A stretch of DNA of 64,000 nucleotides from Podarcis muralis (GCF_964188315.1 NC_135655.1:82956001-83020000); one strand, 5' to 3'. Shown: positions 1 through 10,689, counted from the first letter of the stretch. Numbers and translations: made by a program. The notes: generated by a model from the sequence alone, not told the origin.

Positions 1-60
1 TCCTGCCAAAATCTTGCATCTTCCGAAAGATCCACATTTGGAGTCTGATAAGTCTGATAA

Positions 61-226
61 GTTTCCGTGTGCTGCGCTGGCTCGCCAGATGCAGCTTGTC
101 ACGCTGGCCACGTGACCCGGAAGTGTCTGCGGACAGCGCATGCCTATAGAGTGAGATGAGCGCACAACCCTAGAGTCTGGCAAGACTGGCCCGTACGGGC
201 AGGGGTACCTTTACCTTTACCTTTAA
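61..226 (+). mobile_element. 5'-truncated Sauria-type SINE in intron of GLYATL copy 1
   Basis: Matches the 3' half of the full SINE copies at 58022-58379 and 62689-63212, ending in the CTTTAC-repeat tail; absent from the homologous copy 2 intron (about 6030). Confidence 0.8.
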
Positions 227-413
227 GTTTGTTTAAGTCAATAAACAGGTGCTTGAAAATATGGGTATTATACAGATACACTGCACAGAGAGATAAGATT
301 GGCCGCAGCTCCTTGTTGAGGGCACAGCTGATGTGAACTGAGTGTGTGATGTCTGAAATGGCCCTGTCAATTCCTACACTTGGTTTGTCAGGTGGGAGGT
401 AGAATGCCCTCAC

Positions 414-823
414 TAGGGATGAGGGAGAAACTCAATTCAGTTTGCACGACCTAATTGCGCTTCCTGAAACAATACATGACAAAACACATTCTACGTTTTT
501 CTGAATCTTGCAATGTTGTTCTTCACACAGTGGTGTAGCAACCACTGCCGGCACTATTGTCTCCATCCAAGTTACAATTACAAGATGCACATAGTAAAGG
601 ATTCATAAAAAGGCACTGTACTGGAGAAATTGCTTTCTAAAAATATGTAAATTAGTTATAATCGTGCATATTAGGTGAAATTAACACCAAAAAGTACAAT
701 TAATTTTTATGAGGACTTTTTATTTAATCCACACTAATGTGGAAATGAGGTGGACTGAAGATGGGGAAAATGGGGGGGGGGGGGCTGAGAGAAATGAAAA
801 ATCAACAGATTTTCCTATCCCTA
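414..823. mobile_element. hAT-like non-autonomous DNA transposon (MITE)
   Basis: Terminal inverted TAGGGAT...ATCCCTA, degenerate 8-bp flanks gccctcac/gtgctcac; paralogous copy at 6214-6621. Confidence 0.6.
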
Positions 824-968
824 GTGCTCACTCAGGACACCCCAATCAAGGCATGCAGCAGATACAAGCCTACACAAACTACTAATTTTCTCTCCGACCC
901 CAAACATTTCTCCCAGGCAGTCTCCTTCAACTGCAGCACCAACTCTGACATCATGTGACTCTTGACAG

Positions 969-1076
969 GTCTATGGTGCAGTCATGAACATAAACCGCGG
1001 GAACCCAGTGGGCCACGAGGTGATTGTGGATTCTTGGCCAGATTTCAAGGTGGTCCTGACTCGTCCACAGAGAGAG
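969..1076 (+). CDS. GLYATL3-like: GLYATL3-like copy 1, coding exon 2 ([13 protein letters not shown]...RPQRE); first coding exon lies upstream of window
   Basis: ttgacag|GTC acceptor, GAG|gtac donor, 108 nt phase 0/0; [13 protein letters not shown] and DSWPDFK motifs of GLYATL3. Confidence 0.93.
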
Positions 1077-1315
1077 GTACTAGCCCTTGGGGATTTTGCA
1101 GGATACATTTTGTGGGATGTCAGCAGGAAACACTGCATGTTCTGTGCTGGGGCCTCCTCTAAGCCAGGCTCAAACTGAAAGGGGATGTTGGCTTTGGTCT
1201 AGGAGCGCACCTTTGGCATTAACAGCGGCCAAAGGGAGCAGGTGAAACTTCATCCATCATTTCATCTCAACATCAGGAAAAGGTTTACCTGTTCAATTGT
1301 ATGTCTCTCTTTTAG

Positions 1316-1442
1316 GCTGTTTCAGACAATGCGGATTTCTTGAGCAACATATATGCAGCATTTTATCGGGATCTTGATGTGTACCGGAAACTGTTGCTAG
1401 ACACAGATGCCATCAACTGGGACCAAACCTTTGCTCTCTGCG
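1316..1442 (+). CDS. GLYATL3-like: GLYATL3-like copy 1, coding exon 3 (AVSDNADFLSNIYAAFYRDLD...FALC)
   Basis: tttag|GCT acceptor, G|gtag donor, 127 nt; N-x-Y-A-x-F-Y-x-D and NWDQ motifs; same length as 7227-7353. Confidence 0.9.
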
Positions 1443-2486
1443 GTAGCAGGCTGTTATTTCTAAGGGAAGAGTTACGAGATGAGGAGACACGGTTTAGTTA
1501 CTTAATATGAATTTGATGAGGAAGTGACTGAAGTGAATGTAATAGAGAAATATGAGCAAAATAAAATACAAAACAATACATTGGGGAAGTAACATATGAG
1601 CTACGTTCCAGGTTTTACTACTGGTGTATAAAGCCCTACACAGGTTTGGTGGTAAAGCATGCTGTGATGTGAGCATGGGCTTTCTAGTATAGTAGTACCA
1701 GAATTTTCTGAAGTTTACTCGTCTTAAAAGCAAAGCAAGCCCCAACATTGATATGATTTTGATGGTTATTGAAACTTTTGTTTTGTCCCAAGCATTCCTG
1801 AATCAGTCCATTCTATTTGTGCTCTTTCAAATTCTGGTTGATTTTTATTTCTTAATGCTGTGTCGATAACCTATATAATGTTTAGTATACTGTTTCTCTA
1901 CACCTTTATTTGTACAGTATTTTGCATTTTTATAGCTAAATATTCAAGTGCAGTTGCTTTTTTATTGGAGACTTTGTGGAGGAAGCTCCTCAAAGAGTTG
2001 ATAATACATTTTAAAAGAAAACCAGTCAATAAGTATCTACAGTAAAGAGAGACAACAATAATTACGTACTTAGAGTAAGTGATAGGGTATTTTGTGATGC
2101 AGTTCTCCAGCCAAGTAATGTGATGCACATACTAAAGTGTGCATTAAGATGCATATATTAGTGAAAACAATCTGTGTGTATGCGAGAGAAGAAATTTGCA
2201 CTTAAAATGTGAATGAATTTTCATCAAATGTGGAGAATTGAACAAGGTTGAAAAAATAAGAAACTGAGGGAAATCAAAACTGATAGATTCACCCTTCCTT
2301 ACCAGCTGTACATGTATTCCTTCCATAGCCTCCAAGGACAATGGGACTTTTCATTGTCCAAGGACAGAAAGGGAGCAATGAACCTTGGATGACCTGAGTG
2401 ATGGCAGTTCAGTATATGTGCAGCTAAAAATTTCTTGTCCTACCTGACAATACCACTCTCTTGGTGACATATACCGCTTTGTATAG

Positions 2487-2607
2487 GGAACCATGATGGG
2501 ATATATGAGGTCTCTAAAGAGGCTGTTGCTGCCAAGGAAGTCCAGTTGACTGCAACCCCCTACTTCACCTACCTGAACCTCAACCCAGATAAACAGCCTG
2601 AGCCCCG
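2487..2607 (+). CDS. GLYATL3-like: GLYATL3-like copy 1, coding exon 4 (GNHDGIYEVSKE...KQPEPR)
   Basis: gtatag|GG acceptor, CG|gtgagt donor, 121 nt, phases 1/2 join flanking exons in frame. Confidence 0.9.
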
Positions 2608-3266
2608 GTGAGTGTCCATTGTGCTCCCTACTTCCTTCCTGGCTGAGGCACTGGCTAACCTGTGGTTCTTCAGTAGGAGAATCTCCATAGTCAAAATGCG
2701 AATGGACAATCCTGGCGTTTACTCCTTAGTTTGCCTTCATGTAGCTGGGACAGCAAGGCACCAAAGGCAGCACCAAAGGGGGTGGCACTGCCCACTCAAG
2801 GAAGGGAAGAAGAATACCACACAAAAGCAGGTTTACATCAGGGGTCAAGTTTAGAAAAGGAATCCCAACAGCAGAGCGAGCAGTTCTTCATGGAACAGGA
2901 ACCATCTTAGAAGAGGCATGCTCTGCTGAAGGGTGTGTATGAATCACTTCCAACCTGCCATCTGTTATTTTTCAGCCCGCCATCTGTCATTTTCCCACAT
3001 AATAGTGTTTGATTAATAGGATGCATTTTCAATCACTTTTAATGGGGTTCTTTTTTATCTCTTCAACTAAACAATTAATTGGTCATTAGTTTAAACTCCT
3101 GGGTGTTAGGGCAAACAACAGGGAATTGGTATCATTTTCATGCCAGCTTGCTGGTGGTTTTGTTAAGACTGTTGAGCTAAGGAGACTTTGAGGATGAGCC
3201 AAGAAGATAATTTCTGTATTCTTATGTTCAGCTCTCTCCTCATTTCTCATCTTTCTGCTCTCCTAG

Positions 3267-3675
3267 GCTAGATCCAGGCTTCACTTTTTCCTCCTTAAAT
3301 AGCTCCCACATTGACCTGCTGAATGAAACGTGGCACTATGGGGGCAGTGAACACAGCCGGAAATACTTGGCCAACATGGTGCGATGTTTCCCCAGTACCT
3401 GCATCCTGGACTCCAATGGTCATCCTATCAGCTGGATCATCATGGAATCTCTGGGTACACTGAGACACGGCTACACCCTTCCATCCCACCGCCGAAGGGG
3501 CTACTCATCTATGGTGCAGAGGGCACAGGCCAGGCGTGTCCATGCAGCTGGCTTCCCTGTATATGGCCTTGTTGCCCTAGATAATACCCCCCAGCAGAAA
3601 CTGCTGGTCTCCCTTGGCTTCCAGAGATTATCTGAACTGTGTCATTACTGCATCCATTCTCCAGCTTATCAGTGA
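3267..3675 (+). CDS. GLYATL3-like: GLYATL3-like copy 1, last coding exon (C-terminal GNAT domain)
   Basis: tcctag|G acceptor; LLNETWHYGG, FPSTC, SW, GYTLPSHRRRGYS (acetyl-CoA motif A), GFPVY; TGA at 3673-3675. Confidence 0.95.
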
Positions 3676-3834
3676 GAGGAGGAGAGAGCAACAGTCATTT
3701 TCCAGGATCCTGTTCAATCCTTTCACTTACCAGTCCTCTGAATGGGAGAGAGGGAGATTATCACACCCTTTCAAGAACCATTTCCCGTTACTCTATTTTC
3801 CATTTAAATTCTACCTCTATTCCTGTTGATTAAA

Positions 3835-4110
3835 AACTTTGGTGCTGGGTTTGGACTGAATCAGACGACGTTGGGTTTTTGGGTGAATACCCATGACCCC
3901 CATTTTGAGTGTCTATTGCTCCATTTGTGAGGTGCTGCAAAATGCAGTGTTTTCTCTGCAAAACACTGATGCCAAACTTTTCTCAAAGTTTGGCCCCTGT
4001 TTAGAGCGAATCAGACGATGTTTGGTTTTTGGATGACCCCTGAGTTTGAGTGGCCCATTGCTCTGTTTATGAGGCACTGCAAAACTTTTGCCAAAGTTTG
4101 GCTCCAGTTT
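3835..4110. repeat. Degenerate tandem repeat, about 2 units of 110-150 bp, with short internal hairpins
   Basis: Recurring aaa(c/g)tttgg...gaatcagacga.gtt.ggttttt.gg...atgacccc...tttgagtg...attgctc..ttt.tgagg..ctgcaaaa. Confidence 0.6.
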
Positions 4111-4974
4111 GGGCCATCACCACCCAGTAGGCCTGAATCGACTATACATTTGATGTAAAAAAAATTGTTTTAGTATTTTAAAGTTGTAAACCACCTTCGG
4201 TAACTTGGCAAGAAGGCAATATATATATCCAATGAATAAAATGTTTTCTGTCCTGGTAGCAGGGTTGTCTGTTTTTTCCATTTGTTGCTGGTCATGAAAC
4301 AACGCCAATATGCCAAAATAAGAGGCTTTAAATGCCATCTCTTTGGATGCTGACATATTCATTCATTGGTGTTTTAATTTATTGACTGGAACTCCTTGTC
4401 TATTGACATTAAGGAGGCACCATAACTGTTCTCTTTCTGCGACCTGCTTAAAACGTTTTTGCTTAGGCAATCCTACCCATATAGGTAGCAATTACATGGG
4501 CTTCTTCCTGCATTCACTTTAATATGAGTAGGATACCCCATGTGATGGGGGACTCTGATAAAGCAGCGTTCCTAAACATGACAGCAATGTCTGCTCAAGT
4601 TTATTCCTGTAGCCAGGATGGTACTGTAATTTAAGTGTTTTTATTATGCAGAACTGTGCGTGTTCATAATTCACAGCAGTTGTAAAGGATGAAATGGCAG
4701 TCAGAGGGAGAAGAGCAATGTTAATTATATGCTTCACAACTGAAATCACACGGCCATCTAAAGAGAAAGGCCTAAAGTCCATTAAGTCCAGGGTCTTAAT
4801 GTGTGTAGCTGCACCACTGAACATCAGGAAGATGGCTGTTAATAGTTCATTCATTCTGGTAAACTTACACATTCCCTCCCCCCTCGTTGAAATAAAGCAG
4901 CCAACACAAAGAGCTTGCTGAAGGAGACTCTGACTGAGCAGTTTGACAGCACACCAGAGGCTCTTAAGAGAATC

Positions 4975-5588
4975 TGTAAGTTACGGAAATTATGGGGGTG
5001 GGGCACATCTTTAAAGTTGTTAAATGTTACAAATGTTATGCATAAATGTATCCTTTAGACTTGACAGCTCAGGGAAGTTACCTAGCTTTAAAAATCATAT
5101 AAATCAACTCCTTTGCCCGTTTCCTTCATTCCACTGTCAATTTGCTTCATTGGCCAAGGACTTGGAAACCATTCGGTCCCCGCCATAATCCCTCAAGCGG
5201 GGGTCACATACTCACGGGAAGGTACTCATAGGTGTCAATCGCTGGGCAAAGGCACTCCTCCGGACTTGCCCAGGTGGCAGACTATGCAAATCAAACTTCT
5301 ATTGTCCCTTTGTAGTATGTGCTTAGAATGTACTTTCCAATACATATCCTGTATCCACCTGTTGCCCCAACACATTCCTCCTATGTTAATCATGTACAAC
5401 CCCTCCCCTTTTCTGATGTAGCAATGATGTAGTGATGATGCTTAATGAACTGTATGCTGGGATAAGATAGAAACTTTTAAAAGTCCTTGTCACCCCATCC
5501 TCGGGGGTTCAAAATTCCTCTTTGAACCTGTTGCGCAATGTACCACTCAACACTGTACCACTCAACAAGAAGACACGGAGGACTACAG
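4975..5588 (+). promoter_or_regulatory. Putative promoter and non-coding first exon of GLYATL copy 2; possibly LTR-derived
   Basis: HNF1-like GTTAATCATGTAC 5385-5397, octamer ATGCAAAT 5284-5291, TTTTAAAA 5475-5482, C/EBP palindrome TTGCGCAA 5531-5538, donor CAG|GTGAGC after 5588, matching acceptor tctctctcag| at 5800. Confidence 0.45.
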
Positions 5589-5858
5589 GTGAGCAAATGA
5601 CAGTGTGGGAGAACACCAGTTGCTCATAAGAGAATGTTTTATTCTCTATTTATTGAGGAAGGGATTCCTGTTACATTTAGAAACTCAGTTGTGGCACCAT
5701 TGTTGGTTAAGTAAGTCCATCATTTCAGTGAAAAAGAAGGCATCTCAGTTTGGGGATTACACTGAGGTACAGAGAACTAGTCTCTCTCTTTCTCTCTCAG
5801 GAGCTTACAACCCACACTGTTTCTGCTGGTACCTGCTTCAACCTCTGCCTCCCAAGCT

Positions 5859-5936
5859 ATGTTGATCCTATCCTGTCCTTCCAAGTTGCGGTTCCTGGAA
5901 GGACTGCTGAAGAAAAGCCTCCCTCAGACACTTCAG
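5859..5936 (+). CDS. GLYATL3-like: GLYATL3-like copy 2, coding exon 1 (MLILSCPSKLRFLEGLLKKSLPQTLQ)
   Basis: ATG 5859, 78 nt, CAG|gtgatc donor; resembles GLYATL3 N-terminus [26 protein letters not shown]. Confidence 0.9.
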
Positions 5937-6213
5937 GTGATCTTGAGCCATGTATTCTGGGTTATTAGCTAGGAATATGGGACCAAATTCTTGCATCTTC
6001 CCAAAGATCCAAATTTGGAATCTGAGAAGATTTTTAAAATCCAATAAATAGGTGCTTGAATAGGGTACCATACAGATATACTCCACAGAGAGCTAATATT
6101 GGCTGCAGCTCCATACTGAGGGTACAGTTGGTGTGAAATGTGTACATAGTATGTGAAATGGCCATGTGAATTCCTACAATTAGTTCATTGGGTGATAGGT
6201 ACTAAGTCCTCAC

Positions 6214-6621
6214 TAGGGAAGAGGGAGGAAATGTGATTCAGTTTGCATTTATAGGTGAACTTACCTAATTTGCACATTCTGAAGCAATGCATGACAAAAC
6301 TCAGCTGCCCTTTGAAATCTACATTTCTCTTAATTTTGCTATGAAGTTCTCCAGCCAAGTAACATTCACAAGACTGAGAGGGTAAACTGTGCGTTAAAAA
6401 TGCACATGTAAGTAAAATGACATTGTATTGCGGAAATTGCTTTCTAAAAATGTGTGAATTAATAATAATCATGCATATTAAGCGAAATTAACACCAAAAT
6501 GCCAATGAACTTTCATATTTTTTTAAATGCAAACTGATGTAGAAATGTGGAGGACTGAGCTTAAGACGAGAAAAATGATAAACTGAGAGAAACAGAAAAT
6601 CAACTGATTCTTCTATCCCTG
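6214..6621. mobile_element. hAT-like MITE, paralogue of 414-823 (inserted before the gene duplication)
   Basis: Same position in intron and same internal sequence as 414-823. Confidence 0.6.
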
Positions 6622-6771
6622 TTCATCACTCAGGACACCCAACTCAGGGCATGCAGCAGATACAAGCCTGACACACCACACCACAGATGGCCTCCCCAGA
6701 TCCCACACATTTCTCCCAGGCTGCTTCCTTCAACTGCAGCACCAACTCTGACATCCTATGACTTTTGACAG

Positions 6772-6879
6772 GTCTATGGTGAAGTCATGAACATAAACCG
6801 TGGGAACCCAGTGGGCCATGAGGTGATTGTGGATTCTTGGCCAGATTTCAAGGCGGTCCTGACTCGTCCACAGAGAGGG
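6772..6879 (+). CDS. GLYATL3-like: GLYATL3-like copy 2, coding exon 2 ([13 protein letters not shown]...RPQRG)
   Basis: ttgacag|GTC, GGG|gtaata, 108 nt; 5 nt differences from copy 1 exon. Confidence 0.93.
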
Positions 6880-6898
6880 GTAATAGCCTTTGTGCAAA

Positions 6899-7034
6899 GG
6901 GTAGCTCAATGGGTAGAGCATGAGCCTCTTAATGTCAGGGTCATGGCTTGGAGTCCCAGGTTGGGCAAAGAGATTCCTGCATTGCAGGGGGTTGAACTAG
7001 ATGACCCTAGTGGTCCCTTCCAGTTCTGTGATCC
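6899..7034 (+). mobile_element. SINE with tRNA-Lys-like head and CR1-type 3' tail
   Basis: GTAGCTCAATGGGTAGAGCATGAGCCTCTTAAT...GTTGGGC resembles tRNA-Lys(CTT), followed by gattcctgcattgcagggggttg.actagatgaccc tail; second copy at 37603-37750. Confidence 0.75.
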
Positions 7035-7226
7035 AGTTCTGGAAATGCTGTGTGTTCTGTGCTGGGGCCTCCTCTAAGCCAGGCTCAAACTGAAAGGGGA
7101 TGTTGGCTTTGGTCTAGGAGCGCACCTTTGGCATTAACAGCGGCCAAAGGGAGCAGGTGAAACTTCATCATTTCATCTCAACATCTGGAAAAGCTTTACC
7201 TGTTAAACTGTATGTCTCTCTTTTAG

Positions 7227-7353
7227 ACTGTTTCTGACAGTTCGGATTCCTTTAACAATATATATGCAGCATTTTATCGGGATCTTGATGCATACCGGAG
7301 ACTGTTGCTTGACACAGATGCCGTCAACTGGGACCAAGCCTTTTCTCTCTGTG
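7227..7353 (+). CDS. GLYATL3-like: GLYATL3-like copy 2, coding exon 3
   Basis: ttttag|ACT, G|gtaac, 127 nt, open in frame. Confidence 0.9.
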
Positions 7354-7914
7354 GTAACAAGCTGTTCTTTCTAAGGAAGGAGTTATGAGATAAGGAGACT
7401 CAGTTTAGTTACTTAATCTAAATTTGATGAGGAAATGGAAGTGACTAAAGTGAATGTAATGAAGAAACATGAGCAAAATAAATACAAAACAATACATGGG
7501 GTGGCAGGCGGACACATGAATTAGATTCCAGGTTTTTCTACTGATGTATTCTGGATCTGGGTATCTGAGAAGCTGTCTCGCCTCCTACAGCCCACTCCAG
7601 TCTCATGAGGATTTATTTATTTTTTAAATGAAAGCTGATATGAAATGTAGAGAACTGAACTTCATGCTGGGAAAATGAGAAATTGAGAGAAATTAAAAGT
7701 GACAGATTTGCCCTTCCCTACAGACTGCACATGTATTCTCTCCACAACACCACAAGGACAATAGAACTTTTCACTGTCCAAGGGCAGAAAGAGAGCAACA
7801 TACCTTGGATGACCATCTGCGTGATAGCAGTTCAATATATGTGTACCTAACAATATATGTGTTGCGTCACCCAGCAACACCATTCTCTTTCTGACTTTTT
7901 ACTGCTTTGTACAG

Positions 7915-8035
7915 GGAACCATGATGGGATACACGAGGTCTCTAAAGATGCTGTTGTTCTCAAGAAAGTCCAGTTGACTGCAATTCCCTACTTCATCTAC
8001 CTGAACGCCAAGCCAGATAAACAGCCTCAGCCCCG
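7915..8035 (+). CDS. GLYATL3-like: GLYATL3-like copy 2, coding exon 4
   Basis: gtacag|GG, CG|gtgagt, 121 nt, open in frame. Confidence 0.9.
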
Positions 8036-8459
8036 GTGAGTGTCCATTGTGCTCCCTACTTCCTGGTTGAGGCACTGGCTAACCTGTGTGCTTCCAATAG
8101 GAGAATCTCCATAGTCAAAGTTGGATGGCAGTCTGCGATGGATACTTTAGTTGAAATTCCTGCATTTCAGGGTCCCTTCTAACTCTACAATTCTATGATT
8201 CTGCCTATGGACAAACCTGGCATTCACTCCTTCTTGTAGTTGGGATAGCAAAGCACCAAAGGCGGCACTCCAAAGGGGTAGCGTTGCCCATGCCACACAA
8301 AAGGCGATTTGCATCAGGGGTCTAGTTTAGAAAAGGCATCCTAAGAGCAGAATGAGCAGTTCTTTCTGTGACAGGCACCATCTTAGATGAGGCATGCTCT
8401 GCTGGGGTGAGATTGAAGGGAGGGGAACACAACTAATCAAACAGTTCCTGATATCTGCC

Positions 8460-8463
<4 letters not shown>

Positions 8464-8510
<47 letters not shown>
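8464..8510. repeat. (AC)n microsatellite
   Basis: Direct reading; absent from the copy 1 intron. Confidence 0.95.
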
Positions 8511-8513
<3 letters not shown>

Positions 8514-8763
8514 AGTTGGGGGGATGCATTATTGTTTGCTTCTAACAGTTGTTTGCTTCTAACAATTGGTCATTAGTCCAAACTGCTGGATGTTAGGGCA
8601 AACGACATGGAATCAGCATCATTTTCATGCCAGCTTGCTGGTGGTTTTGCCAGGGTATCTGTCTGGAGTGTTGAACTCGGGAGACTTTGAGGATGAGCCA
8701 AGAAGATAATTTCTGCATTCATGTTCAGCTCCCTCCTCATTGCTCATCTTTCTGCTCTCCTAG

Positions 8764-9172
8764 GCTAGATCCAGGCTTCACTTTTTCCTCCTTAAATAGC
8801 TCCCACATTGACCTGCTGAATGAAACGTGGCACTATGGGGGCAGTGAACACAGCCGGAAATACTTGGCCAACATGGTGCGATGTTTCCCCAGTACCTGCA
8901 TCCTGGACTCCAATGGTCATCCTGTCAGCTGGATCATCATGGAATCTTGGGGCGCAAGTGCACACAGCTATACCCTTCCATCCCACCGCCAAAGGGGCTA
9001 TTCATCTATGGTGCAGAGGGCACATGGCATGCGTGTCCATGCAGCTGGCTTCCCTGTTTATGGCCATGTTGCCCTAGATAATACCCCCCAGCACAAACTG
9101 ATGGACTCCCTGGGCTTCCAAAGATTATCTGAACTGTGTCATTACTGCATCCATTCTCCAGCTTCTCAGTGA
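8764..9172 (+). CDS. GLYATL3-like: GLYATL3-like copy 2, last coding exon
   Basis: tcctag|G acceptor, 409 nt as in copy 1; spliced CDS 78+108+127+121+409=843 nt, 280 aa plus stop. Confidence 0.95.
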
Positions 9173-9463
9173 GGAGAGAGCAAAAGTCATTTTCCAGGAT
9201 CCTGCCCAGTCCTTCCACTCACCAGTCCTCTGAATGAGAGAGACCTATCCACTATTCAATTATGTCCGCTCTTCATCTTTGCATTCCACAGTGTGTTTCT
9301 CTCTTCCTTTTGCCTTATTGTATTTTCCTGAATTTTCCTTATACATTTGACTTTTGATGTTTCAGTTCACGTACATTATACAGGAAGATCACACCTTACG
9401 CTTATTTAACTTGAAATATTAAAAAATAAAATATATTTTAAAAATTGTCGCACCTTAGAGACC

Positions 9464-9535
9464 AACTAAGTTTGTTTTTGGTATCCGAAGAAGTGTGCGT
9501 GCACACGAAAGCTCATACCAAGAACAAATTTAGTT
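9464..9535 (+). ncRNA. Minimal type I hammerhead ribozyme motif (core CCGAAGA, probably degenerate) within a Penelope-like retroelement remnant (about 9445-9590)
   Basis: Stem I 9464-9484/9515-9535, C(C)GAAGA 9485-9491, stem II GTGTGC-GT-GCACAC 9493-9506, GAAA 9507-9510, GC-TC cleavage triplet ending 9514. Confidence 0.65.
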
Positions 9536-10689
9536 ACTGGACAATTTTTTAATTTTTTTATATATTTCTACTGTGTCAGACCAACAACCTTCCTGAATCA
9601 TTTACGTAACTTGCGTGATATCAACCATATGTGACTGAAGGCTGCTCGTTGAAATCCTGCAACTTAAATGTAGGCAAGGTAGGCAGCTTTTATACTCTCT
9701 GCCTTACTTGGGAAGCAAGGCTCTCTCTATGAGCCAGCTCTGGAAGCCCTGGGATGCACCCACAGGGGTCTTTCCAAGGTTTCTGTATACACATTTTTGT
9801 ATATAAGCAGAACGCTTGGAACCAAACCCACACATAAGATGACATTGTACTGTACCTCAGATCCTAAATGGTCAATGACCAAAGCAGGAACCTAAGGATG
9901 TAATAAAATCACTTTTCTGTGACATGTTGTGTTGTTCATCCCAAAGTTGAAGCCTTGTTCCCCAGATGATTGGAAAAACCTTTCCAGGAGGAAGAGGAAT
10001 AAGATAACAATGACAAAGTACTTTGTGGTACACATTTTAACAGGTGTCAAACGTCAAAAAGGTGGACCATTCACAGCCATGGAGTAGATGAGACTGTGAA
10101 GGTTCATTTCTTCCTGACCCCAAGGATTCACATTTGTCAGTGATGCCTGGTACCCATTGGGATCGGCAAGGTGGAAAGCAAGGAGCCCAATGGTAGGTGG
10201 GCCTAGAGCCGATTTCAGGCACAGCCAACTCATTCTAGCATTGTTCCAATCCTCCTCCTCCTTGAATTCTGCAAAGATCACAGCCACACCTTGCATTTAA
10301 AACACTCTTATATCCCTTTAACAGTCATGGCTTCCCCCAAAGAATCCTGGGAAATGTAGTTTCTTGAGGGTCCTGACCTCACTCACAGAGCTGCGGTTTC
10401 CAGCATCCTTAACAAACTGCAATTTCCCCACACTCTCCAAGACTGCTAAAATGTTGGAAGAGGGCTTTAAACATACGAGGAGGAAGTGACCTTCAGATGA
10501 GGGAGCTGACATCCAGCACCCCCCCCCCCCCCAGGCAGGTTGCAAGTAAGAAGACAGGCACGTGGGCACAGGCTGAGGTTGCTTGGCTTTTGCCCCATTT
10601 GCTCTAAGAGACCACCTTCCACAGATGTTTACACACGCAAGACCAGTCATGGCTGCACTGGTGGCTGAAGCGAAAGAGTGAGGGCCTAT

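Noticed and set aside
6899-6970. tRNA-Lys(CTT) gene
   Set aside because: Multiple stem-breaking changes, no T-run terminator, runs straight into a CR1-type tail; a second diverged copy exists at 37603, so it is a SINE head
480-7800. Shared AT-rich blocks in different GLYATL introns suggesting an internal gene duplication
   Set aside because: They are parts of an interspersed hAT-like MITE family with TIRs; flanking exons are not homologous to each other
10054-10296. Minus-strand 80-aa ORF (VAVIFAEFKEEEDWNNARMSWL...) as a coding exon
   Set aside because: Weak splice sites, no recognisable homology, no partner exons
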